Of a stretch of DNA of 64,000 nt, positions 1 to 10,650 are shown in pieces. How positions within the stretch are numbered: the first letter of the stretch is position 1; each line of letters begins with the position of its first letter. The DNA comes from Mobula hypostoma (Eukaryota), in NCBI RefSeq assembly GCF_963921235.1, contig NC_086109.1:3474001-3538000 (forward strand), in the 5' to 3' direction. The notes under the pieces are model-generated. The model had not been told where the DNA came from. It did not search any database and worked only from the letters and a program-made list of their open reading frames with translations. The position numbers and the translations under genes were made by a program.

Positions 1-138
1 ACTCAGGCCCGCCAGACCTGGCAACATCCTTGTAAATTTCCCAAAATCCCATCTTCTGAACTGGATACATTGATTTATGAAGGCCTTTGTAATAAGGTGA
101 GAAAAAGTCAGTAATTTTAATGGAGGTATCTTTAGCAA

Positions 139-486
139 GGCAGGAGTGGAGGTATGCCTCTATCTGAGGAGCTCCTTCCCCCTGCCAGCCTGCAGATCAC
201 CTTGGACAAGGTGTAGTATCTCCTTACACCCATTCAGGGTCACATGAAGCCATGGGAGCAGGTGGTGGATGGTCATATGAGCTGCTGGTGCACATCACAA
301 GTCCTGGTTATGTGACCACTGACTCTGTTATGTGACTCTCAGGAGTATTGATAATGGCTGGGCTCACCCATCTTGTAAAGACACTGCCTAGAAGAAGGCA
401 ATGGCAAACCACTTCTTCAGAAAAATTTGCCAAGGAAAAGCAAGGCCCATGTCACATGACATGACACATAATGATGATGATGACCA
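139..486 (+). mobile_element. ~350-bp non-autonomous RTE-type SINE-like element, copy 1
   Basis: Five copies in the window. The 3' part GAAGAAGGCAATGGCAAACCAC resembles RTE/BovB-derived SINE sequence. It has an (ATG)n tail and a TSD ttagcaa at 132-138 and 487-493. Confidence 0.65.
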
Positions 487-781
487 TTAGCAAAATTATA
501 TCTGCCATGACAATGTGGAACAAAGACTATGGCAAAGAATAGATCCAACTTACAAATTTACCATTGGCAGTTGTAACTGTAACACTCTGTTCTGCATGCC
601 CCTGTTATGGCACTCCCCCGGTGGTAGGAGTAATCTGCATGGATGGTATGCAAAACAAAAGTTTTTCTCCATTAATCTTGGTATGTGTAACAATAATGTA
701 CCAGTTCCAATCTCAAATACCACAGATATCAGTGAAGGTTATCCACATTGATTTTATTTGGGTGGAACAATCATCATCCTT

Positions 782-1134
782 GCGTGTCTTATGACGTGGG
801 CGATCAAGGTCTCATGACTATGATTGTTCTTGGCAAATTTTTCGACAGAAGTTGTTGTTGTTGCCTTCCTCTGAACAGTGTCTTTACAAGACAGGTGTCC
901 CCAGTCATTATCAATACTCTTCAGAGATGGTCTGCCTACCTGGACTTGTGATATGTACCAGTTGCTGATAGGTCCATCTACACCTGTTCCCATGGCTTCA
1001 CATGACCCTGATTGGTTGGTGGGGGGGAGGGAGGGGCCAAGCAGGTGCTGCAGCTTTCCCAAGGGCGTCCTGCAGGCTAGCAGAGATAAGAAGCACCTTA
1101 CACCTCCTTTGATAGAGACCTATCTCCGCCCTGC
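782..1134 (-). mobile_element. RTE-type SINE-like element, copy 2 (inverted relative to copy 1)
   Basis: Reverse-complement similarity to 139-486; TSD catcctt at 775-781 and 1135-1141. Confidence 0.65.
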
Positions 1135-1607
1135 CATCCTTTGTAATTAGGTGAGGAAAAAGTCAGTAATTTTAATATGTTTAGCAAAGTTATATCTGCC
1201 AACAACAAGGTGGAAGAAAGCCTGTGTCAAAGAAAATACCAATTTACAAATTTATCAATGGAAATTGTAATCGTAACACTATATTCTTCACTCTGTTATG
1301 GCATTTCCCTTGTACTACCCTGACGGTAGGAATGTTCTGTATGAATGCTATGCAAAACAAAAGTTTTTCTTCGTATCTTGGTATCTGTAACAATAATAAA
1401 CCGTTTCCAATCACAAATACCATAGATATCATGAAGGTTATCCGCATTGAACTTATTTGGATGGAACAGCATGCTTTTGAAAGTTGAACAGTGGAGGTTC
1501 AACGTTTCACCCACCAGCGTGCATGCCTCACCCTTCCCCACCACATTGGAGTTCTGCCCCTTCCTTTCTCAGGGTCTCAACCCAAAAGGTCAACTGTTCC
1601 GTCCACT

Positions 1608-2087
1608 CCGTGAACACGGCACAGCACATCACACAAACCAATCTTCCGTCCTTGGACTCACTTTACACCGCACGCTGTCGGAGCGGTGCTGCCAGGATAA
1701 TCAAGGACACGACCCACCCAGCCAACACACTTTTCGTCCCTCTTCCTTCCGGGAGAAGGTTCAGGAGCTTGAAGACTCGTACAGCCAGATTTGGGAACAG
1801 CTTCTTTCCAACTGTGATAAGACTGCTGAACGGATCCTGACCCGGATCTGGGCCGTACCCTCCAAATATCCGGACCTGCCTCTCGGTTTTTTTTGCACTA
1901 CCTTACTTTCCATTTTTCTATTTTCTATTTATGATTTATAATTTAAATTTTTAATATTTACTAATTTTTACTATTTTAATATTTTTAATATTTAATATTT
2001 GTAATCCAGGGAGTGAGACCGCAGAATCAAATATCGCTGTGATGATTGTACGTTCTAGTATCAATTGTTTGGCGGCTATAAAGTATA
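1608..2087 (+). mobile_element. Rex1/Babar-type LINE 3' fragment inserted in a Penelope fragment
   Basis: Encodes PLPSGRRFRSLKTRTARFGNSFFPTVIRLLN, the typical C-terminus of this clade. The 3'UTR is nearly identical to 54541-54820. Confidence 0.75.
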
Positions 2088-2659
2088 CTACCTGCCTTGC
2101 TGAGTTCCTCCAACATCTTGTGTGTATCTGATGCTGAAGATTTACAACACAGGACCATAAGATATAGTAGCAGAATTAGGCTATTTGGCCCATCAAGTCT
2201 GCTCTGCCATTTCAGCATGGCTGATCCATTTTCCTTCTCAGTCCCAATCTCCCGCCTTCTCCCTGTATCACTTCATACCCTGACTAATCAAGAATCTACC
2301 ATCCAAACATCTGCAGAATCTTTTGTGTTTACCAAACTGCACATTAAGAATGGAGAAAATGGTCTTGAAAACAAGAGAGGGCTGCAGAGACCTGTGGAAT
2401 TTGTTTGATGCAGATTCAGTAACGGAATAGTTTGTTATTGTACACACCGGGGTGCAATGAAACTCCTTGCTTATATGAAGCTCAGAGAGTCGACAATTGA
2501 TGATATAGGGAGCACAAAACAAGGGAATGGCGTATCGTACAGTTGCATAAACTGAAACAACAGAAGGAGAAATGCTAACGTGACCACAATGGAACTGGCA
2601 GAATTAACCGTTTGAGAGGGTGTAAGCATCAATGGGAAGGGGATGAGGTTAAACACAAT

Positions 2660-3620
2660 GTTTGTACGTTGGCCTTCGCAAATCCATGCATTGAATACAG
2701 GAGGTGGGATGTTATGTTGAAGTTGTATAAGACATTGGTGAGGGCTAATTTGGAGTATTGTGTTCAGTTTTGGCCACTTACCTACAGGAAAGATGTAATG
2801 AAGATTGAAAGAGTACAGAGAAAATTTACAAGAATGTTGCTGGGTCTGGAGGACCTGAGTTATAAAGAAAGATTGAATTGCTTAGGACCAGTTACTATCT
2901 CACAACCATCAGGCTCCTGAATAAAAGGGGATAACTACACTCACTTACCCATCCATTGAGATTTATCCACAATTAATGATCTCACTTTAAGGACTCTTTA
3001 TCTCATTATCTCATGTTCTTGTTGTTCAATGCTATTTATTTATAGTTGCGTCTGCACAATTTGTTCTCTTCTGTACTCTGGTTGATCTTTCATTGATCCT
3101 GTTATAGTTATTATTCTATAGATTTGCTCAGTATGCCTGCGGGAAAGTGAATCTCAGGGATGTATGTGGTGACATATATGTACTTTAATATATGCTTTAA
3201 TAAGCATACTGAGAACTTTGAATTTTATTCCTCGGAACATAGAAGATAGAGGGAGATTCAATAGAGGTATACAAAATTGTGAGGGGTATAGATAGGGTAA
3301 GTACAAGCAGATGTTTTCCACTGTTTGGGTAGGACTACTGGAAGTCATGGGGCAAGAGTGAAAGCTGAAATTTTTAAGGGAAGCATGAGGGGAAACTGAC
3401 ACAGAGGATGGTGAGTGTGTGGAATAAGCTGTCAGCACAAGTGGTGCATGTGATTTCGATTTCAATGTTTAAGAGAAATTTGGATAGGTACATGGATGGT
3501 AGGGGTATGGAGGGCTATGGTCTGGGTGCAGGTAGATGGGAGTAGGCAGTTTAAATGGTTCAGCATGAACTAGATGGGCAGAAGGGCCTTTTCCTGTGCT
3601 GTACCTTTCTATGACTATGA
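2660..3620 (+). mobile_element. CR1 LINE 3' fragment interrupted by a Rex/Babar 3' tail (~2888-3220)
   Basis: YKTLVRANLEYCVQFW...RKFTRMLLGL motif; CR1 sequence resumes at ~3230 and ends in ctatgactatga. Confidence 0.75.
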
Positions 3621-4137
3621 CAATGACTGCGGGGGACGTTGATGTGATTGGGTCGGACCAGGCTGACAGACGGTTGATAGAACTGGCAGAGCTGGCCTGG
3701 CCTCTGTTTTATTTAGGAGTTGGTTCTCTACGGTTGTAACTGTGTAGTCTCTTTGCACCAATGGCCACTGAGGTCACCACAGGTCTCGCTTGTTAATGCT
3801 CAAACTGGGTATTTAAATATTTATGTGACCTGAGATTGCTTTCTTCCCATCATGAATTTCACACCACAATGTTGTTTCAGTTCTACCCTTTAGGGCCCAG
3901 GGGAAGTCATTCATGAGTTCACTGTCCATTGTGGCAACACAAAGGAAACTTTCCCATGGTGGTATAAACCTGAAGTGTAAAACTGTAGATCACAGTAAAA
4001 TAATCTCATACAAAGTTATTATCAAACTTTAAATAAACAAAATTTGCTCCAGTTAAATAATGAAATAATTTTGGAATTTAGTGGGAGAATCCCTGCAGTT
4101 TGGTGGTGTTTATATTCATTCATTTCATCAGTGTTTA

Positions 4138-4647
4138 CAGTACTGTGCAAAAATATACCCTAGGGAGCGTACGAATTTTGCACACTACTGTATTTGTCGA
4201 CGTGGAGAGGAGAGTGAGTTTGTTAATCTGGCAGGAGCAAAAGATGTTGGCGAGGGTGGAGTGTGGGACAGGTGGCAGAGAAGGAGTGCCAGGAGTGGGA
4301 GTTGGTACGGGTGCAGACACTCCCAACCCTGTGGCATCAGGCAAGGTCATCTGATTCCAAACAATTGTTTAATTGATCATCACAGAATGTCTCTCTGGTT
4401 TTTCCCACTCCCTCCCCTCTCCCTTCCCCTTTTCCCAACCACAATTCCCCTCTTCCTGCCCCCTTCCCACTCTCAGTCCACAATAGAGACCCATATCAGA
4501 ATCAGGTTTATCACCACTCACACGTCATGAAATTTGTTTCTTTTTGCGGCAGCAGTACAGTGCAATAGATAAAATTACTGCAGTACTGTGCAGAAGTCTT
4601 GAGTGGCCTAGCTATATATATGTGCCTAAGATTTTTGCACAGCACTG
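4138..4647. mobile_element. Composite element: two Tc1/mariner-like mini-MITEs (4138-4190 and 4581-4647) flanking a ~390-bp cargo
   Basis: TIR CAGTACTGTGCAAAA...TTTTGCACAGTACTG with outer TA dinucleotides; a second copy lies at 34297-34773. Confidence 0.6.
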
Positions 4648-5206
4648 TAGGAGTTCCAAGTAGCCAATGAAACGCATACAGCCCGGCAAAAACAGTTTAA
4701 TCTAAATCACATCTGAATGTGGTTTAGGGAGAGATTGATTGCCCTTAACATAAACTTTAAAAGCCCATTGTCTGGAGAACATTCCCTCTTGGTTTGTTTT
4801 TTTGTGTGGGGATAGGGTAAACCTGCTGATTGATGGGGCTATAACCTTGGTCCCTGATGAAGGCATTGAAAGTTCCTTCTGATCCCCTTCTCCAGGAGCA
4901 CCTGATCAAACTGTCAGCTTCTGACTTGTGATTGATGAGAACAGGAGACCCAGGGCTGCTATCAGCCAATCAGATACCAATTTGGGATGAAGTGGGTCCC
5001 ATCTCCTCAGGTTTTCTGCCATCAACCAGTGAGGGCAGGCTGTGCTGTTTGGTCCATTGAACAGTGAGTGATGATGCTGTCGAATATGTGGCTAAACGGG
5101 CAATCGCGGGACAAAAATTGAATAGGAAATCCATATTAATTTTTTTGCTTGTTATTGTGACTAAGCTTTTCTCTCATCTGAAATCCTTTGATCTTAGCAC
5201 TAAGCA

Positions 5207-5450
5207 GCATGGTGGTGCAGTGGTCAACGCAACCGCTTACACTACAGGCGACCCAGGTTCAGTTCCCGCCGCTGTCTGTAAGGAGCTTGTACGTTCTCCC
5301 TGTGACCACAACAGTTTCTTCTGAGTGCTCCAGTTTCCTCCCACGCTCTAGAGACATACCTGTTGGTAGGTTAATTGGTCAATGTAAATTGTCCCGCTGT
5401 TAGGCTCAGATTAAAATGAGGGCATGTCTTGAAGGGCCGGAGGGCCTAAA
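5207..5450 (+). mobile_element. tRNA-derived SINE (HE1/V-SINE-like)
   Basis: A-box TGGTGCAGTGG, B-box GGTTCAGTTCCC, and a V-SINE-like core (gtacgttctccc...gtgctccagtttcctcccac). Related copies at ~28590-28740, 34776-34912, 52895-53135, 55570-55832, 58655-58850 and 63700-63855. Confidence 0.75.
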
Positions 5451-7222
5451 AATTTTAAATTTCAGCATGAAATCCAGTAAATTTAAAAAATGCAATAAGA
5501 TTTCCTCTTACTGCACTGCAAGATGGCGATGGTGTATACCAGTGACTCAATGTGGGCTGCAGGAATTTATATCGGTTTTCCTCTTAAATATACTTTTGAA
5601 CAACTTTTGATGCAGCGTGCAACATGTAATTGACTTGCTAAGTATGCCCGCAGAAAAAGAGTCTCAAGGTTGTATGTGGTAACGTGTATGAACTCTGATA
5701 ATAAATTTTACTTTGAACTTTGAACTTTGCAGCTTGCCTTCTCTCACATGCTCAACGGGTCCCCTTTTGATTCTTCTGCCATCTACCTGCACCAGAGGTA
5801 ATTTACAGTGGCCCTTTACTCCCCCAGAATATCTTTGGGGCACAGGAGTGGCCTGGAGCAAGTGGGAGATCGCACACAGCCACAGGAAGATGTTGCAAAC
5901 CCCACACAGACAGCAATACGGTCAGGGGTACTGGAGCTGTGAGGAAGAGTTGTGTTCTGTTTTGGACAAACGCGTGGTCACAGACTCAGATATTGTTTGG
6001 ACAGACGTCATTGCTGCAGGAAAACGTGTCTGTAGTTGAACTTTGGGCAGGAAAGTTCTGATGTTGGAGAGGAACGTGGAATTGGTGATGGTGTTCCTAC
6101 TGAAGGGCACTCATGGGTCTGTCTGAATGAGTGATCCAATTGGCCACTGCTGGCCTTGCTTTCTATGGCGATTCTGAACTGACAATCTTGCTTTTAAACA
6201 CTCCCCACCCCCACTGATCAGATGTTAGAACATAAATCAATTACACCACATTACAGGCCTTTCAGCCCACAATGTTGGGCAGATCTCTTATCCTACTCGA
6301 AGATCAATCTAACCCTTCTCTCTCTCTCTCCCTGACCCTCCCCCTTTCCCTCTTCCTCCCTCCTCCCCCTCTCCCTGACCCTCCCCCTCTCCCTCCCCTA
6401 CCCCACATCTCTCTCCCCTGCCCGTCTCCCTCTACAAAGATGCTGCCTGATGTTCTGTTGCACCATTTTCTGTTTTCATTTCTGATTTGAAATGGTTCCA
6501 GTTCCTTCACTCTGCAGTTTAGGAATGTGTCAGGAGGAGGGCTGGATGGGATTGTTCCTGAGGGCTTAGTCACGGCTTCCTCTACCTCATCTTTACAAAT
6601 GGTCAGAGCGGAGCTGTGGTGTGAGGCCAGCTGTGCAAACCACTCGCTGAATACGCTGAGCCTGTGACTCAGGTCCTGATGGACGACTCCAAACCACACT
6701 CACCAGGTCTCGGATTGTTCGCAGTAGCTCGGGAGAGAGACCTGTGTAGTGTCTGAAGAAATGTTACATTCACAAAACTCCTGAACTATTAGTTTCACTG
6801 CTATAATGAGTAAATTGCAGGATGGATTATTGGATTATGTTTGTCTTCACAGAGAAGGGACTAATAAAAATCACAGTAGGGTTGCTGGAAAAGTATCTCA
6901 TCTGCTTAATTAACAGGCATCTTCAGCCAGAAGTGTTGAGAGATGATCTGTCTTAGCTCCCTCCCGAGATTGCCTGCATCAAAAGTCAGGTTTAAGCCAA
7001 TTTGATTCACTTCCTGTACAATCATGGAAACATTGCCAGAACACGAGGTACAGAAAGACTGTGGGTTCTGACAACAGTACAGCTTATACTACTGAAGACC
7101 TTCCCACCACAACTGGTTCCAGCTCTGTCCAAGCTGCTCCAGTATGTTCACAACCCTGACCCCATCCTGTGCAAAACTGTCCAGAGAGATGTCTTTCCAC
7201 AAAGAAAGCAGGGCAAAGCCAA

Positions 7223-7835
7223 ACGACAAGAATTCTGCAGATGCTGGAAATTCAAGCAACACACATCAAAGTTGCTGGTGAACGCAGCAGGCCAGGCAGC
7301 ATCTCTAGGAAGAGGTACAGTTGACATTTCGGGCCGAGACCCTTCGTCAGGACTAACTGAAGGAAAAGTTAGTAAGAGATTTGAAAGTGGGAGGGGGAAG
7401 GGGAGGAGGAGATTCAAAATGATAGGAGAAGACAGGAGGGGGAAGGATGGAGCCAAGAGCTGGACAGGTGGTTGGCAAAGGGGATATGAGAGGATCATGG
7501 GACAAGAGGCCCAGGGAGAAAGACGGGGGGGGGGAACCCAGAGAATGGGCAAGGGGTATAGTCACAGAGGGAGAAAAAGGAGAGTGAGAGAAAGAATGTA
7601 TGTATAAAAATAAATAACGGATGGGGTACGAGGAGGAGGTGGGGCATTAGCGGAAGTTAGAGAAGTTAATGTTCATGCCGTCAGGTTGGAGGCTACCCAC
7701 ACGGAATATAAGGTGTTGTTCCTCCAACCTGAGTGTGGCTTCATCTTTACAGTAGAGGAGGCCGTGGATAAACGTGTCAGACTGGGAATGGGATTTGGAA
7801 TTAAAATGTGTGGCCACTGGGAGATCCTGCTTTCT
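7223..7835 (-). mobile_element. Penelope-like element 3' fragment (GIY-YIG endonuclease C-terminus plus hammerhead-bearing tail)
   Basis: The minus-strand ORF reads LPVATHFNS...LRLEEQHLIFRVGSLQPDGMNINFSNF. A 9-bp TSD caaagccaa lies at 7214-7222 and 7836-7844. Confidence 0.85.
7319..7354 (-). ncRNA. Minimal type I hammerhead ribozyme motif (Penelope-associated, CpG-decayed)
   Basis: The minus strand reads AGTC-CTGACGA-A-GGGTCTCGGCCC-GAAA-TGTC-AACT. Confidence 0.65.
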
Positions 7836-9166
7836 CAAAGCCAACCTGGCTCTTTACCAGTGTCCCTCAATCATCAGAGGTACCAGAAAGCAAAGCCTCA
7901 AAAAAGAGGGACATCCATTTAGCACAGAGATGAGGAGGATTTTTTTTTTGCCTGAAGGTGGTGTATCTGTGAATTTCATTGCCACAGATGGCTGTGGAGG
8001 TCGGCATTTGGGTATCGTTAAAGTGGGGGGGGTGATAGGCTCTTCATTAGTCAGGTGTCAAAGGTCATGGAGAGAAGGCAGGAGAATAAGGTTGAGAGGG
8101 ATAGTAAATCAGCCATAATGGAATGGTGGAACAGAATCAATGGGCCAAATGGCCTACTCCTGTTCCTATGTCTTATCGTCTAATGGACTTATATCAGTAA
8201 GGTGAAGGAAGGTATCACAAGCAGAAATATAAACTGGCACTCTGCCACCAGTATCTTGTCATAGGTGCCCACCGTCAGTTCCAATGGGTCCACTTAACTC
8301 CAAACCCTGTCTTGTCCATGGTGGACCAAAGGGTGAACCCCTGAAGTGAGAGGAGGGTAAATATCATTTGGAATGTAAATATTGGGATCGGCCATCCAAC
8401 CAGGTCATCTTTGAGCTGATTGGTAGCCTCAACTGAACTTGCCGATCTGATTCCTTAATCCTTGCTTTCTTCTTTGACATGTGGTTGGCTGTGACACTGA
8501 GGAGCCTGTGGGAAAACTCTCATCAGTGGATGACCTAGTACATCAGAACCTGGCCTGTGGTTGTTTAATTATCCCAATGCCAGCACAGATCTCCTGGAGT
8601 TCCCTGGGGTAGTGAGCTAGGACCAGCCAACACAGCTGCTTCCTTGATAACCGTCCTTCCCCCGTAGGGTCAGGAGTGGTGACGTTGACTGAAACTGTAG
8701 CATTAGTTCTGTTTGTAACCTCCCTGCAGACCTATTCAGTTCTGTGGTTAAACTAATCCTCCCAGCTGCATTTTAGGAATTGTTTGCCTCTGTGTAGTTA
8801 TCACTGACTTTATTCCAGTGTTGATGTAGTTAACTTTAAATGGGAGATGGGTGAAGGTTGGTCAGTTCTTCCAGCTGCAATTAGGAATTGTTTGCTGCTG
8901 TATCATTAACACTGACCTTATTCTGGTGCTGATATAGTTGACTAACTAGGAGATGGGTGAAAGGTCGGTTAGGGAACTGAAGACTGCAGCCTGTGGCAAA
9001 CACTTATATGGTCCCAAAGGGCAACTTGTCCAGTGTACACAGTGATTCAGGGTGTGTGTGGATTTACTGCAGTAGATGATGTGATTTACACACATATTTT
9101 TCTTGCCTTACAGGGCCATGTGAGCATCCAGCTTCAGCTACTCCGTGCAATCGATCCCCTCCCCCA

Positions 9167-10336
9167 ATGAAGTTGAGAAGAGATTGCCCCAAAATGTCCA
9201 ACGGTCCACTTTCTGTCACCCTGCTCCTAATAATCCTCACACATTCCTCACAGAGCAGCGAGGAGTTTATCACCTTTCCAATCCAGGATCGGGACTGGAC
9301 GTTCAATCACATGGCAGTTCACAGTGTTACAGGAAATGTTTATGTCGGCGCTGTCAATCGGATTTACAAGCTCGCGAGCAACTTGACACTATTGCTGTCC
9401 CACAAGACTGGTCCAGGAGAAGACAACAAGTTGTGTTACCCTCCCCTGATTGTTCAGCCTTGTAATGAGCCCCTCACTCTGACCAACAACGTGAACAAGC
9501 TGCTCCTCATCGATTACACGGACAATAGGCTACTGGCCTGCGGCAGCCTCTTTCAGGGAGTCTGTAAGCTCTTGCGGCTGGATGACCTCTTCATCCTGGT
9601 GGAGCCTTCGCATAAGAAGGAGCACTACCTATCCAGTGTTAACGAAACCGGCACCATGTACGGCGTCATTGTCTCGTCAGAGGGCTCGGACAGCAAGCTC
9701 TTCATCGGTACCGCAGTGGACGGCAAGCAAGACTACTTCCCAACCATTTCGAGTCGGAAGTTGCCACAAGATCCAGAGTCTTCAGCAATGTTCGATTATG
9801 TGTTGCACAGTGACTTTGTGGCCTCACTGATTAAAATCCCTTCAGACACGCTGGCCTTGGTGTCACATTTTGATATATTTTACATCTATGGCTTCAACAA
9901 TGGAAATTTTGTGTATTTCTTAACAGTTCAACCGGAGACAGAAGGGATTACCGGGTCAACAAGCGACCAGTTCTACACCTCCAGAATCGTGCGGCTCTGT
10001 AAGGAAGATGCCAAGTTCCACTCCTACGTCTCGCTTCCCATGGGTTGTGTAAAAGATGGAATTGAATATCGTCTCCTGCAGGCTGCCTACCTGTCCAAGC
10101 CAGGGAACGTCTTGGCAAAATCTTTGAACATTTCCACTGCCGATGATGTTTTGTTCGCCATCTTCTCCAAAGGCCAGAAGCAGTACAAGCATCCCCCGGC
10201 AGAGTCTGCACTCTGTGTGTTTGTTGTGAAATTTATTAACCGTCAAATAAAGGAAAGACTGCAGTCCTGTTACCGTGGCGAGGGGAATCTGGAACTGAAC
10301 TGGCTGTTGGGAAAGGATGTCCACTGTACCCACGCG
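9167..10336 (+). CDS. PLXNA2: Plexin-A2, first coding exon (signal peptide plus most of the Sema domain, 390 codons); the exon begins at 9114 with 5'UTR
   Basis: The ORF has plexin-A Sema motifs ([54 protein letters not shown]). [15 protein letters not shown] matches the A2 paralogue as I recall it, rather than A1 (KLSLPWLLNKELGC) or A4 (TLDLAWLKVKDIPC). Acceptor tttttcttgccttacag ends at 9113; donor GCG|gtaggt at 10336/10337, phase 0. Confidence 0.93.
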
Positions 10337-10650
10337 GTAGGTCACGTCATGTTTTTGCCACGCGCTATGTCACGTCAACATTCTCCCCATCGGGTACATT
10401 GTATCACGCTCTCTTCACACGGTACGTCACATTGCGTCCTCATGTGCATCGCGATCTCCTCACACGGTACGTCGCGTCACGTCCTCGTGCATCGCGATCT
10501 CCTCACACGGTATGTCGCGTCATGTCCTCATGTACATCGTGATCTCCTCACGCGGTAGGTCACGTCGCGTACTCGTGCGTCATGTTCTCCTCATGTGGTA
10601 TGTCGTGTCATGTTCTCCTCACGATATGTCACATCACATTCCTCCCATGC
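10337..10650 (+). repeat. Degenerate ~43-45-bp tandem repeat at the start of the intron
   Basis: Units of the form tcacacggtaygtcrcgtcaygtcctcatgtgcatcgcgatctcc start at ~10415, 10460, 10503, 10548 and 10591. Confidence 0.8.

Noticed and set aside
5207..5280. tRNA gene
   Set aside because: A and B boxes are present but continue into a SINE body found in many copies; no complete cloverleaf.
7002..7607. 201-aa ORF
   Set aside because: It runs antisense through a Penelope tail, is low-complexity G/R-rich, and has no domain.
8500..8720. Upstream coding exon
   Set aside because: It reads as a decayed RT motif (GVPQGSVLGP-like) of an old LINE, as does ~18500-18630 on the minus strand.
10337..10558. 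C-terminal 73 aa of the 463-aa ORF as part of normal plexin-A2
   Set aside because: Plexin similarity stops at the GT donor at 10337 and resumes in frame at 13333; the extension is translated intronic repeat.
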